From Flavobacteriales bacterium (GTDB taxonomy: Bacteria; Bacteroidota; Bacteroidia; Flavobacteriales_F; PHOS-HE28): a stretch of 64,000 nt of DNA. Positions 1 through 9,157 of this stretch are shown here, piece after piece. How positions within the stretch are numbered: position 1 is the first letter of the stretch; every line of letters begins with the position of its first letter. A program made the position numbers and the translations under genes. The DNA is taken from assembly GCA_041745875.1 (NCBI GenBank), contig JBGTIB010000109.1, forward strand, positions 1,976-65,975, written 5' to 3'. Under the pieces are notes generated by a model. That model made no database searches. It saw nothing but the letters and a program-made list of their open reading frames with translations, and was not told the origin of the DNA.

Positions 1-828
1 CAGACCCAGTTGCAAGGCGGTACCCCGCGTGCGGTACCGGATGGTGGTGTAAGCGATCAGCAACAGAAGGGCCACCGCGATCACCGGCGCATTGCTCCAT
101 CGCCAGATCATATTGTAGATCTCCTCCGGTGCAGGAGGTGGAAGCCAGGTGCCTCGGTCGATGCTGGTGGCGGCCCGGTGCACAAGCAGGCCCACATAAG
201 GCAGATAGGCCACCATCACCAGCAGGACGGAGATGGCATGGTTGCGGATCATGGTACGCCAGGCCGGTATCAGGAGCACAAAAGCCATCTGCAGGCCTAT
301 CACGAGCCAGCCGAAGAAGTGGGTGTACACCATGAGCACGTTGACCAAGAGCAGGATCCACCGCGCATCCTTCCGTCCATCGGAGAGTCTCGCCAACTGC
401 CACATGGCCGTAGTGGCCAGCAGCACCCACAGACTGTAGCTGCGCACCTCATGGGCAAAGCCGTACAAGTGGTTGTTGAACAGGAAAAGCAATGCTGCGA
501 CCAACGCGGCCAGGTTGCCGGACCAGCGATGTGTCAACAGGAACAATGGCCATACCGTGAATGCACTGAACACGGCCGAAGGCACGCGGAGCGCTCCCAC
601 CTCGAGCCCTGCGATGGGCAGCCAGGCTTTGATCAGCAGGAAGTAGAGCGGAGGATTGTTCTCCGTGCGCAGCATGGCGAAGAGTTCGCCCAACGATCGC
701 TGCGCCCAGTACACGGTGAAAGGCTCATCGTGGGCGAGCTCGTTCTTGCCGATCCAGGCCAGTTTCAACACCAGGCCGCCAAGTACCAGAGCGAAGAGCA
801 GCAGGCGCGATGGAACAGGGTGCGGCAC
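1..828 (-). CDS. GT-C type (ArnT/PMT_2-like) membrane glycosyltransferase, N-terminal part; the gene runs off the window start
   Basis: Not in the ORF track because no stop lies inside the window. My minus-strand translation from GTG at 828 stays open to position 1: VPHPVPSRLLLFALVLGGLVLKLAWIGKNELAHDEPFTVYWAQRSLGELFAMLRTENNPPLYFLLIKAW... It is multi-TM with an acidic loop after TM1, as in ArnT/PMT_2 enzymes. The start codon is uncertain. The listed + strand ORF 10..1269 is its antisense shadow. Confidence 0.55.
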   Translation of the reverse strand, partial: MPHPVPSRLLLFALVLGGLVLKLAWIGKNELAHDEPFTVYWAQRSLGELFAMLRTENNPPLYFLLIKAWLPIAGLEVGALRVPSAVFSAFTVWPLFLLTHRWSGNLAALVAALLFLFNNHLYGFAHEVRSYSLWVLLATTAMWQLARLSDGRKDARWILLLVNVLMVYTHFFGWLVIGLQMAFVLLIPAWRTMIRNHAISVLLVMVAYLPYVGLLVHRAATSIDRGTWLPPPAPEEIYNMIWRWSNAPVIAVALLLLIAYTTIRYRTRGTALQLGL

Positions 829-850
829 GCCGCGAAGCTACCCGAACACC

Positions 851-1285
851 CTACACGCGACGCCACATCAAGTAATGCGCGCCGATGCCGGGAATATCGA
901 AGGCTTCACCCTTTACTTGAAAACCCATGCCGGTGTAATAGGCCACCGCCACCTCCCTTGCATTGCACCAGAGGATGTCCGCCTGTTGTGCCTTCAAATG
1001 CTCCAGTGCAAAACGCAAGAGCTGCCGACCAGCCCCCTGCCTTTGGAAGTCGGGATGGGTGGCCATGCCACGCAGCCGATACTGCTTCCACCCCAGAAGA
1101 TCGTGGTTCCGTTCCGGATAGAATGAGGCGATGGAGATCCGATGCTCGCCGATATGCACACCCAAATGGAAGCCGCCTTCAAGCCTGTCATTGGCCCAAT
1201 GGCAATCCTCCTCGACGCCACCAGGGCGAAGCACCTTCAGGCGTAAGGGATAGGTGTCAGCGGTTCTGATGAAACGGATGCGCAC
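851..1285 (-). CDS. GNAT family N-acetyltransferase
   Basis: 144-aa ORF with the acetyl-CoA binding motif region RLRGMATHPDFQRQGAGRQLLRFALEHL and a size typical of GNATs. Confidence 0.85.
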   Translation of the reverse strand: MRIRFIRTADTYPLRLKVLRPGGVEEDCHWANDRLEGGFHLGVHIGEHRISIASFYPERNHDLLGWKQYRLRGMATHPDFQRQGAGRQLLRFALEHLKAQQADILWCNAREVAVAYYTGMGFQVKGEAFDIPGIGAHYLMWRRV

Positions 1286-1354
1286 GGATACGGACGTTTT
1301 GCTTGGGGCAATTTAGGCCAGGAAGACCAGCTGTGTCCAGTAACAGTGCGGTCA

Positions 1355-2065
1355 TCAAGGGCCATCCTTCGATCGCGCAGTGAGCAGGGCGGTGAGGCGC
1401 TGCATGTGCTGTCTTGCCAGCGCGGTGGAGGTCGCACAATCCTTGGTGCCGGGTACGATGCGCGCCAGTACGATGTCCTCCTGTTCCATGCGCAGCACCA
1501 CTTCCTCCTGTGTATTGCAGCCTTGGTAGCCGGAAGATACGGTGCGTGCTTCCACGATCCCGAGTTCCGACCAGGGGATCATCCGCTCGCTGGCGGTCAA
1601 CGGCAGGGCTACTTCACCCAATAATGCGGATCGCTGGCGTATCCGGACACCTTCCTCTGATATGCGCGCGGAGACCGGTGGGAGGAACAGCACGGCATAC
1701 AATGCCCAGGCACCCACGACCAACATGCCCCACCGTGCGCCGCGCACCGCAGCCCGGATGGGTTCGCCGTGAAGCCCGCGTGCCAGCCAGCCACCGGCCA
1801 CCGATAGGATCAGGCCGCCGGCAAGTGTGGTCAAGGCGGCAATGGCCAGTCGGCCAGGGAGTGATACACCTCCTGCCACCACGGTATCAGGACCGACCAG
1901 GTATCCGTTCCGCAATGCTTCGAAAAGATCGTCGGGTCCTGTGCCGCCCCCTGTGAGCTGCCTGTCCACCAACCACCACACCAAGCGCAGCAGCAGGACG
2001 ATCCCGGCACCGAGGCTCAGGAACTGGAAGGCTTCCTGGCTGTTGTCGTCCACGCGTGGGAACAT
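1355..2065 (-). CDS. hypothetical membrane protein (about 3 TM segments plus a C-terminal soluble domain)
   Basis: 236-aa ORF with hydrophobic segments (GIVLLLRLVWWLV, AIAALTTLAGGLILSVAGGWL, MLVVGAWALYAVLFL). I recognise no family. Confidence 0.5.
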   Translation of the reverse strand: MFPRVDDNSQEAFQFLSLGAGIVLLLRLVWWLVDRQLTGGGTGPDDLFEALRNGYLVGPDTVVAGGVSLPGRLAIAALTTLAGGLILSVAGGWLARGLHGEPIRAAVRGARWGMLVVGAWALYAVLFLPPVSARISEEGVRIRQRSALLGEVALPLTASERMIPWSELGIVEARTVSSGYQGCNTQEEVVLRMEQEDIVLARIVPGTKDCATSTALARQHMQRLTALLTARSKDGP

Positions 2066-2084
2066 CGCTGCGTCCCGGGTGGGG

Positions 2085-3185
2085 TCAATTGAAGTAGCGC
2101 ATGTCCTGCCCGGACTTCAGCCCTTTCACCGAAGCAAGCATCAGGCGTATGACGTTCTCGACGTCCTCGCGATGGACGGTTTCGACCGTCGTGTGCATGT
2201 AGCGCAAAGGCAGACTGATCAAGGCACTGGGGACACCGGCATTCCCGTAAGCGAAAGCATCGGTATCGGTGCCTGTGGCACGACTGGCCGCCTGGCGCTG
2301 AAAGGCGATCTTCTCTTTTTCGGCCGTGCGTACGATGTGCTTCAGCACGTTGTTATGCACGGCAGGAGCATAGCTGAGCACGGGTCCAAGGCCGCAGGCG
2401 ATGTCGCCGCTTTTCACCTTGTTCATCATCGGTGTCTGCGTGTCGTGTGTCACATCGGTCACGATCGCGATGTCCGGTTTGATGCGCTCCACGATCATCT
2501 CCGCCCCCCGCAAGCCCACTTCCTCCTGCACGCAGTTCACCACATACAGGCCGAATGGCAGCTTCACCCGCTGTTCCTTCAAGAGGCGAGCGACCTCCGC
2601 GATCATGAAACCGCCCATGCGATTGTCCAGGGCGCGGCCCACGAAATTCCTGTCGTTCAGCACCATGAACTCATCCTCGTAGGTGATCACGCAACCCACG
2701 TGCACCCCGAGCTTTTCCACCTCCTCCTTGCTGCTGCAGCCACAATCCAAGAAAATGTTCTCCAAGGTCGGGGCCACTTCAGCCTTGTCGTTTCGCACAT
2801 GGATAGCGGGCCAGCCGAAGATCGCCCGAACGATGCCTTTCTCGGTATGGATGTTCACCCGTTTGCTCGGTGCGATCATATGGTCGCTGCCGCCATTGCG
2901 CTTCACATATATGAAGCCTTCCTTGGTGATGTAATGCACGAACCAGCTGATCTCATCGGCATGCGCTTCGATGACCACCTTGTATTCCGCCTTGGGGTTC
3001 ACCACGCCGACCACGGTCCCATAGGGATCCACGAAATGGTCATCCACATGGGGCCGGATGTATTCGAGCCACAGTTTCTGGCCGGCACTTTCGAAACCGG
3101 TGGGCGATGCATTGTTCAGATAGCGTTCCAGGAAGGTGAGCGATCCTTTCGATAGAATGGTCTTGGAGGTGGGTTTCTTCGCCAT
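2085..3185 (-). CDS. M42 family metallopeptidase (glutamyl aminopeptidase / FrvX-like)
   Basis: The ORF 2085..3290 contains SPTGFESAGQKLW...VVIEAHADEISW...GRALDNRMG...QEEVGLRGA...VTDVTH, which is typical of M42. I prefer the internal ATG at 3185 (MAKKPTSKTIL) over the listed start. Confidence 0.9.
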   Translation of the reverse strand: MAKKPTSKTILSKGSLTFLERYLNNASPTGFESAGQKLWLEYIRPHVDDHFVDPYGTVVGVVNPKAEYKVVIEAHADEISWFVHYITKEGFIYVKRNGGSDHMIAPSKRVNIHTEKGIVRAIFGWPAIHVRNDKAEVAPTLENIFLDCGCSSKEEVEKLGVHVGCVITYEDEFMVLNDRNFVGRALDNRMGGFMIAEVARLLKEQRVKLPFGLYVVNCVQEEVGLRGAEMIVERIKPDIAIVTDVTHDTQTPMMNKVKSGDIACGLGPVLSYAPAVHNNVLKHIVRTAEKEKIAFQRQAASRATGTDTDAFAYGNAGVPSALISLPLRYMHTTVETVHREDVENVIRLMLASVKGLKSGQDMRYFN

Positions 3186-3295
3186 GGTCCTTGGTCGGTG
3201 CGCAGGGGTCTGGAAGAGCGCACGGGCAGGTGGCAAAGCTAGCCGTGTCACGTGACTGCGTACTTTGGCCACGGACCTTTGTTTGAACATCGCGC

Positions 3296-4627
3296 ATGAA
3301 GAACCTGTATTGGATCATGCCTCACCTCGCACACTGGGTGATCATCGCCTCAGCCCTGCTTTTGGCACTTGCTCCGGTATCGGCACAGGATCCCGGTACT
3401 TTGCGCAAGGCGCATGAACTGGCCAGGCAGGCGGACCGCATAGCAGCGGGCGGCATACTTGGTTTCGAGGAAGCACAGCGCCTGTACGAGGAGGCGGTGA
3501 CACTGGCCCCTGAAGATGGGGAGCTGCGTTTGAAGGCTGGCGTGAACCAACTGAACGGACCGCAGCGTCATCTGGCCCTGCAGCATATCGAGGAGGCGGC
3601 CAGGTTGGGTTTCGAACCCAGCCGTGTACATTACTTGTTGGGCTATGCGCGTCAGCTGAACGCGTTCTGGGAGGAGGCCATCGTCGCCTATGAGGTTCAC
3701 CAGCGCGGTCATGTGCCACGCCCCGACCAGCCGACGATGTACAGTACCGCACCGAAACAGATCGCGGAATGCCGCCACGGCTTGCGCCTTTCGGGCGCAC
3801 CATCCTCCGCCACCGTAAAGCATGCTGGCACCACCCTCAATTCATCGTACGCCGACTATGGAGCATTGCCGTCCGCAACGGGCGATACCCTGTGGTTCAC
3901 CTCGCGCAGGCCAGTGGGAACGGCAAAAGTGAACAAGACCACGGGAGAATACTTCGAGAACGTCCACCTCGCGATCCAACGGAATGGAACATGGACCGAC
4001 CCTGTTGCAGAAGCAGGCCCGCTGAACAGCGCAGGGAATGATGCCAGTGTCGGATTGACACCCCAAGGCGGCATGTTCATCTATCGCGACGACAAGGGTC
4101 ATGGCGACATTTTCCGATGTGACCGCACGGCCGGTGGATGGCAGGAACCTGTGCGCCTTGGGCCGAACGTGAACACACGTGGAAATGAAAGCAGCGCTTG
4201 GATCACGGGGGATGGCACCTGGCTGTATTTCGTGAGCGATCGACCCGATGATAATGTAGGCGGGCAGGATATCTACCGCTGTCCATGGGATGAACGCACG
4301 AAGGATTGGGGACCAGCTCGCAACCTGGGGCCTGATGTGAACAGCACCTATGATGAGGATGGAGTGTTCGTCGCACCGGACGGAAACACGCTTTATTTCA
4401 GTAGCAAAGGGCATGACAGCATGGGTGGCTACGACATCTTCCGTTCGCGGGTGGTGGATGGTCGCTGGACCAAGGCCGAGAACCTTGGTCGGCCCGTGAA
4501 CTCCCCGGACGACGACCTCTTCTTCGTGCTTTCCGCAGATGGTGCCACGGGATGGTTCAGTAGTGTGCGTCCGGGTGGTCAGGGTGAGGATGATATCTAT
4601 CTCGTAGCCTTTCCTGCCGGGTATTGA
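3296..4627 (+). CDS. secreted TPR plus WD40-like (PD40/TolB-type) beta-propeller repeat protein
   Basis: Signal peptide (VIIASALLLALAPVSAQ), then a TPR-like helical region, then repeated PD40 motifs (TWLYFVSDRPDDNVGGQDIY, NTLYFSSKGHDSMGGYDIF, GWFSSVRPGGQGEDDIY). Confidence 0.8.
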   Translation: MKNLYWIMPHLAHWVIIASALLLALAPVSAQDPGTLRKAHELARQADRIAAGGILGFEEAQRLYEEAVTLAPEDGELRLKAGVNQLNGPQRHLALQHIEEAARLGFEPSRVHYLLGYARQLNAFWEEAIVAYEVHQRGHVPRPDQPTMYSTAPKQIAECRHGLRLSGAPSSATVKHAGTTLNSSYADYGALPSATGDTLWFTSRRPVGTAKVNKTTGEYFENVHLAIQRNGTWTDPVAEAGPLNSAGNDASVGLTPQGGMFIYRDDKGHGDIFRCDRTAGGWQEPVRLGPNVNTRGNESSAWITGDGTWLYFVSDRPDDNVGGQDIYRCPWDERTKDWGPARNLGPDVNSTYDEDGVFVAPDGNTLYFSSKGHDSMGGYDIFRSRVVDGRWTKAENLGRPVNSPDDDLFFVLSADGATGWFSSVRPGGQGEDDIYLVAFPAGY

Positions 4628-4631
4628 GCAC

Positions 4632-5360
4632 ATGGGTACCACACCGCTGCGCAACGTGAACACGCCCAGGCCGACCCCGATGCGGACCGGCGATTCTTCA
4701 TGGACGGTGCTGCACCCCGTGCTTGAGAAGCCTTATCACAGTGCGCATGGTGCGTTGGATGAAAGCAGGCATGTCTTCCTACGTGCAGGCCTGGAAGCCA
4801 CGGGCGGTGGGCATGTGCGTGTATTGGAAGTAGGTCTCGGAACAGGGCTCAATATGTTGTTAGCCTGGGTCCATTGCCTAGACAACAAGGGAACGGTACA
4901 CTACACAGCCTTGGAGCCGAACCCCTTGCACCGCTCCGATATCGAGCCCTTGCAGCATTGCACGGCCGTAGGATATCCGGAGCGGCATGAGCAATTCCTA
5001 CAGCTCATGTGCGCACCCGAAGCTGTGGAACATCCTGTGGAAGGAGGCTTCACGCTGCTACAGTTGCGCACCCCGATCGAACAGTACGAGGCGTGCGATG
5101 CATTCGATGTGGTCTACTTCGATGTGTTCGCACCAAGTGCCGCACCGGAGCTTTGGACCCTGGAGGTGTTCCAACGGTTGCACAAAGCCATGGCGCCCGG
5201 TGGCCTGTTGGTGACCTATTGCGCCAAAGGGGTCGTACGACGCACCATGCAGGCTGCGGGGTTCGCCGTGGAACGGATACCGGGACCTCCTGGCAAACGG
5301 CACATGCTTCGGGCGCGAAAGGGAAGCGTCGCAACCATGCAGCACGATCCATCGACATGA
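4632..5360 (+). CDS. mnmD: tRNA (5-methylaminomethyl-2-thiouridine)(34)-methyltransferase MnmD (stand-alone MnmC methyltransferase domain)
   Basis: Motifs YHSAHGALDESRHVFL, SAM motif VLEVGLGTGLN, FDVVYFDVFAPSAAPELW, and GGLLVTYCAKG...GFAVERIPGPPGKRHML. The start may be the internal ATG at 4680. Confidence 0.75.
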   Translation: MGTTPLRNVNTPRPTPMRTGDSSWTVLHPVLEKPYHSAHGALDESRHVFLRAGLEATGGGHVRVLEVGLGTGLNMLLAWVHCLDNKGTVHYTALEPNPLHRSDIEPLQHCTAVGYPERHEQFLQLMCAPEAVEHPVEGGFTLLQLRTPIEQYEACDAFDVVYFDVFAPSAAPELWTLEVFQRLHKAMAPGGLLVTYCAKGVVRRTMQAAGFAVERIPGPPGKRHMLRARKGSVATMQHDPST

Positions 5361-5369
5361 GTTGACCCC

Positions 5370-5813
5370 ATGGAACCATCGCGTTTCACCATACGTGTGT
5401 ATGGCCTGCTGATCCATGAGGATCGCGTGTTGGTGTCGGATGAACTGATCATGGGTCGACGCGTCACCAAATTCCCGGGTGGCGGCCTGGAGTACGGGGA
5501 AGGTTCGAAGGATTGCCTGCTCCGGGAGATCCGTGAGGAGATCGCCGTAGAAGCACTGGATATGCAGCACTACTACACCACGGACTTTTTCCAACAGAGT
5601 GCATTTCACGAGCGACCCATGCAGGTCCTGAGCATCTACTATACATTCCGTGTGCACGATCCGTACTCGATCCCGGTGGTGCTGGTACCTTTCGATGGGT
5701 TCCGTGGCACCGGTGAGCAGGAAGTGTTCCGTTGGCTGGACCTTCGCACCGCTACATCGGAGGATATGAGCCTGCCCATCGATCGTGTCGTGTTCTCCAT
5801 GTTGAAGGACTGA
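5370..5813 (+). CDS. NUDIX hydrolase
   Basis: Nudix box GGGLEYGEGSKDCLLREIREEIAVE in a 147-aa ORF. Confidence 0.85.
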   Translation: MEPSRFTIRVYGLLIHEDRVLVSDELIMGRRVTKFPGGGLEYGEGSKDCLLREIREEIAVEALDMQHYYTTDFFQQSAFHERPMQVLSIYYTFRVHDPYSIPVVLVPFDGFRGTGEQEVFRWLDLRTATSEDMSLPIDRVVFSMLKD

Positions 5814-5817
5814 TGCG

Positions 5818-6393
5818 TCACGCACCCAGGCGGCGCATCACCATTCTTTCCACCAGTTCGAACACGGTATCGGGCTCCTGGGTACGCCAGTGCAGGGCGT
5901 TCAACTTGCCGCCGAGCAGAAAGTACTGATCGATGTTGGCGCTTTGCATGTCCTCCAATACATGAGGGCGGAAATTGAGCAAGGCGATCCACCCATCGGC
6001 ATCGCTGACCTCCTCGAACCATTCAGCATAGTACTCTTCATCGCTCGTATGGAAGTTCAGTACGTTCTCACCGATGAGGATGTATTTGTGGACACCTTGT
6101 GCCAGGAGCATTTCCACCAAGTTCCGTTTCAAGAGCATGATGTCATTATGCAGCAGGTCGTTCCACTCACCGATCAGTTCGAGGATCACATAGCCTTCGT
6201 CATAATCCGTGTACAACTGTTTCAGATACAGCGTGTTGCTCCCGACGTTGTCCCATTGGGGGTGGATCACATGATCGTACACCGCATGCGTGAACTCGAA
6301 CTCGCTATGCTCCTCGCCGAAAAAGGGCGAACGCTCATCTTCCTCGGCGGAGTACTTGTGCCGCCAGTTCCAGAATGGTTCAATGTCGTGCAT
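5818..6393 (-). CDS. acidic cytoplasmic hypothetical protein
   Basis: 191-aa ORF with consistent GC3-rich codon usage and no signal peptide. The stretch YVILELIGEWNDLLHNDIMLLKRNLVEMLL...ILIGENVLNFH is loosely STAS-like. That similarity is inference only. Confidence 0.6.
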   Translation of the reverse strand: MHDIEPFWNWRHKYSAEEDERSPFFGEEHSEFEFTHAVYDHVIHPQWDNVGSNTLYLKQLYTDYDEGYVILELIGEWNDLLHNDIMLLKRNLVEMLLAQGVHKYILIGENVLNFHTSDEEYYAEWFEEVSDADGWIALLNFRPHVLEDMQSANIDQYFLLGGKLNALHWRTQEPDTVFELVERMVMRRLGA

Positions 6394-6488
6394 GACACTG
6401 CAAAGGTGGGACTCCAGAAACCGGAACGGAATGGTTGCCCATGTTCACGGAACCCGAAAGGGTTTTCCGCCGATGACACCAGGAGGAG

Positions 6489-7298
6489 CTACAACGTATG
6501 TCCTGCCTCGATCGCGCGCCTTACACTCCCATAACGGCGCAGCATTTCATTCGCTACGGCATGTTCCACACCCAGGGCTTCCATCACCATGCGTGTGCCC
6601 CGGTCGATCAGTTTGTGGTTGCTCAGTTGCATGTCCACCATGCGATTGCCGTGCACGCGCCCCAGTCGGATCATGGCCGCCGTGCTGATCATGTTCAGGA
6701 TGAGCTTCTGTGCCGTGCCGCTCTTCATGCGCGTGCTACCGGTCACGAACTCTGGTCCCACCACGGCCACCATGGGATGCTGCGCGATGGTGGCCACCGG
6801 ACTGCCGGGGTTACAGGTGATACCGCCGGTCAGTATGCCCCTCTCATTGCACCGCTCCAAGGCACCGATCACATACGGCGTGGTGCCGCTGGCAGCGATC
6901 CCCACCACGCTATCGTCCGTACCGATGGCATGCTGTTCCAGGTCCTTCCAACCTTGTTCCGCATCGTCCTCGGCGAATTCCACGGCCTTGCGAATGGCGC
7001 TGTCACCCCCGGCGATCAAGCCGATGACCAGCCCATGTGGCACTCCGAAAGTGGGTGGGCATTCGCTGGCGTCCACGATACCGAGCCTACCGCTGGTGCC
7101 GGCACCCATGTAAACGAGCCGTCCTCCGCGTCGCATGCGTTCCACCAGCGCTTCCACGAAAGCTTCGATCGCCGGGATGCACGCAGCTATCGCCTGCGGA
7201 ACGCCCTGGTCCTCCTCGTTGATGCGGCGCAGCAGGGCCTTTGTGGACATGCGTTCCAGATCATCGTGGCGGGAGGGTTGTTCGGTGATGCGGTCCAT
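6489..7298 (-). CDS. murQ: N-acetylmuramic acid 6-phosphate etherase MurQ (SIS domain)
   Basis: GGRLVYMGAGTSGRLGIVDASECPPTFGV and the following SIS region match MurQ. I prefer ATG 7298 (MDRITEQ...) because MurQ proteins have a short N-terminus. The listed alternative is GTG 7385, which overlaps the upstream stop as GTGA. Confidence 0.9.
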   Translation of the reverse strand: MDRITEQPSRHDDLERMSTKALLRRINEEDQGVPQAIAACIPAIEAFVEALVERMRRGGRLVYMGAGTSGRLGIVDASECPPTFGVPHGLVIGLIAGGDSAIRKAVEFAEDDAEQGWKDLEQHAIGTDDSVVGIAASGTTPYVIGALERCNERGILTGGITCNPGSPVATIAQHPMVAVVGPEFVTGSTRMKSGTAQKLILNMISTAAMIRLGRVHGNRMVDMQLSNHKLIDRGTRMVMEALGVEHAVANEMLRRYGSVRRAIEAGHTL

Positions 7299-7381
7299 GG
7301 GATGCGTTGCGATCCAGTGTTGGAGGGGATCACAAAGAAAGGATGCGGCGGTTGGTGTTCCACCTTCGTGGGATACGAGGG

Positions 7382-9034
7382 TCACTCAAGCACCACCGGC
7401 AGCACCTCCGTGCCAGTGGCAACTTGAACGTGGAGCAGATACAGACCTGATGGCAGATCACCGCGCTCGATGATAATAGTGCGGGCATGGTTCGACACTT
7501 CGCTGCGCAACAGGCGTCCCTGTTGGTCGAAGAGACGCCATTGGTGGACACTGCTGTCGCTGCTTGTGATCGTGAAGCGGTCCTTGGCGGGATTGGGTTC
7601 AACCTTGATACTATGCGGCTCCGTTCCATGATCGGGCGTGCCTACCACACAATCCAGTGGATCAAGCGAAAGCTTGATGCGCGGTGCGAGGTAGCCTGCC
7701 ACGGTATCGATGTAGGCCATGCCCTTGGTGGCGCTCATGTCCGGGTTGTATAGCAAAGCCTGGTCGTGCGTGGTAAAGCCGGGTGCGATCTCCACCAATG
7801 CAAAGGTCCCTTGCGGATCCCACCAATGCCAGGGCTGGCTTTCCTGGAAGGCGCTCGCATTCATGGGCCGGACCACCGGGAAGAGACCCTCGGCTTGCGC
7901 TCCGTTCCCTATGGTCACACCATCCACTATAGTTCCATACAGGGAACGGGCGCGGTCCGTGTGGGGATCACCACCGGGCATGTTGGAGAAGGGATCATTG
8001 TTGCCCAGATTATTGCTTCTGCGCATCACAGCCTGCCCGCCATTCACCTGGAACAGTGGATCGACCAACCACCCGAACCATGTCCCATGGTCGAACGGGA
8101 ATGTGACATCATGGATGCAGTGCAAGGCTGCTGCAGGAATATCCCCCGGTGCGATCCAAAGCGTGTCCACCAGGCCGCCACCAAGGCTGCCCACGAACTG
8201 TATCTCTGCACTGTGACCGTTGTCGCGGTACAGGTTCCAATGGCCGCCAGTGCCATCGATGCCACCGACCAGCGTGGTGTCGATGTAGCTGATCGTCGAG
8301 TCCCATGGCAGTGGTAGCAATTGTCCCGAGAACAGTTCCTCAGGGTCGTCCCAATATGCTGTCGCCAGTGCGACCATGGCTCCGGAGCCTGCACCCACTA
8401 CGGCGATCCGATCGGGATCCACAGCCCAGCCGTTGCCCGTACCCTGGGCGCGCCACCAGCGCACTGCTGCACGCACGTCATGCATCGCCCTGTAGATCGC
8501 ATTCAGGAATGATCCACGCCGTGCGTCCAAACTAGTGATCAGGGGGTTCCAGCCGTAACGCTGGTCCACGGCGGCAGCCACGTAGCCGCGGCGTGCAAGG
8601 GTTCTGCATAAGGCCGTCACGCTGCTGTCGGTACGCATGCCATAGGGTCTCGCGTTCATCGGTGGTGGCAGCAATCCGCCGTCATGCAACACAAGCACCA
8701 GTGGTCGTGCTTCGCAGGGATCCACATCTTGAGCGGGTGCGTGGATGTCCATGAACAAGGAAGTGAGCTTCACGCAGGTGCTGGGATCGTCCGGGTCCAG
8801 GTAGGCGCCGGGGTAGGGCAGGCCCTGGTCGGTGAACGCCTGCAGGTCCGTGAATTCGGCCATCAGGGTGGCACAATTGGGGTTGATGAACAGGAAGTCC
8901 GTGTTCGTAGCGTAAGCGACATCCGTGGTAAGTTCCAACTGTGCCTCGGTGAATACTTCATCCACATAGCGTTGTTGGGCAAGCCCGACCTGCCAGAAGA
9001 GAATGGCGACCACGGTGTGCAGGCGATATCTCAT
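7382..9034 (-). CDS. T9SS-sorted alpha/beta-hydrolase-like protein (paralog A)
   Basis: Signal peptide; an esterase-like core (RPLVLVLHDGG...RGYVAAAVDQRYGWNP...RIAVVGAGSGAMVALA); C-terminal T9SS sorting domain (IKVEPNPAKDRFTI...LPSGLYLLHVQ...VLE). It is collinear with ORF 9158..10834. Confidence 0.8.
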   Translation of the reverse strand: MRYRLHTVVAILFWQVGLAQQRYVDEVFTEAQLELTTDVAYATNTDFLFINPNCATLMAEFTDLQAFTDQGLPYPGAYLDPDDPSTCVKLTSLFMDIHAPAQDVDPCEARPLVLVLHDGGLLPPPMNARPYGMRTDSSVTALCRTLARRGYVAAAVDQRYGWNPLITSLDARRGSFLNAIYRAMHDVRAAVRWWRAQGTGNGWAVDPDRIAVVGAGSGAMVALATAYWDDPEELFSGQLLPLPWDSTISYIDTTLVGGIDGTGGHWNLYRDNGHSAEIQFVGSLGGGLVDTLWIAPGDIPAAALHCIHDVTFPFDHGTWFGWLVDPLFQVNGGQAVMRRSNNLGNNDPFSNMPGGDPHTDRARSLYGTIVDGVTIGNGAQAEGLFPVVRPMNASAFQESQPWHWWDPQGTFALVEIAPGFTTHDQALLYNPDMSATKGMAYIDTVAGYLAPRIKLSLDPLDCVVGTPDHGTEPHSIKVEPNPAKDRFTITSSDSSVHQWRLFDQQGRLLRSEVSNHARTIIIERGDLPSGLYLLHVQVATGTEVLPVVLE

Positions 9035-9100
9035 GTTGCTTCGTGTGGGCTAACGAATGTAATGTCAACAGGTCACGCACGGATCGATGAGCAGGTCACA

Positions 9101-9137
9101 AAAAAGAAAGAAGGGCCACCCTTGGGCAGCCCTTCTT
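9101..9137 (-). terminator. intrinsic terminator downstream of paralog B
   Basis: Perfect 9-bp stem AAGAAGGGC (9108-9116) / GCCCTTCTT (9129-9137), extendable by CCC/GGG in the loop. On the minus strand it is followed by TCTTTTTTGTG. Confidence 0.75.
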
Positions 9138-9157
9138 CATACCGATCAATAAGGTGA

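Noticed and set aside
10-1269. Long listed ORFs antisense to well-supported genes. Examples: 10..1269 (+), 1827..3155 (+), 9236..10633 (+), 15914..17251 (-), 40699..41331 (+) and 42557..43870 (-).
   Set aside because: Their translations are Arg/Ala/Gly/His-rich low-complexity strings with no motifs. Each lies opposite a gene with clear family signatures. Stop-poor antisense frames are expected in GC-rich DNA.
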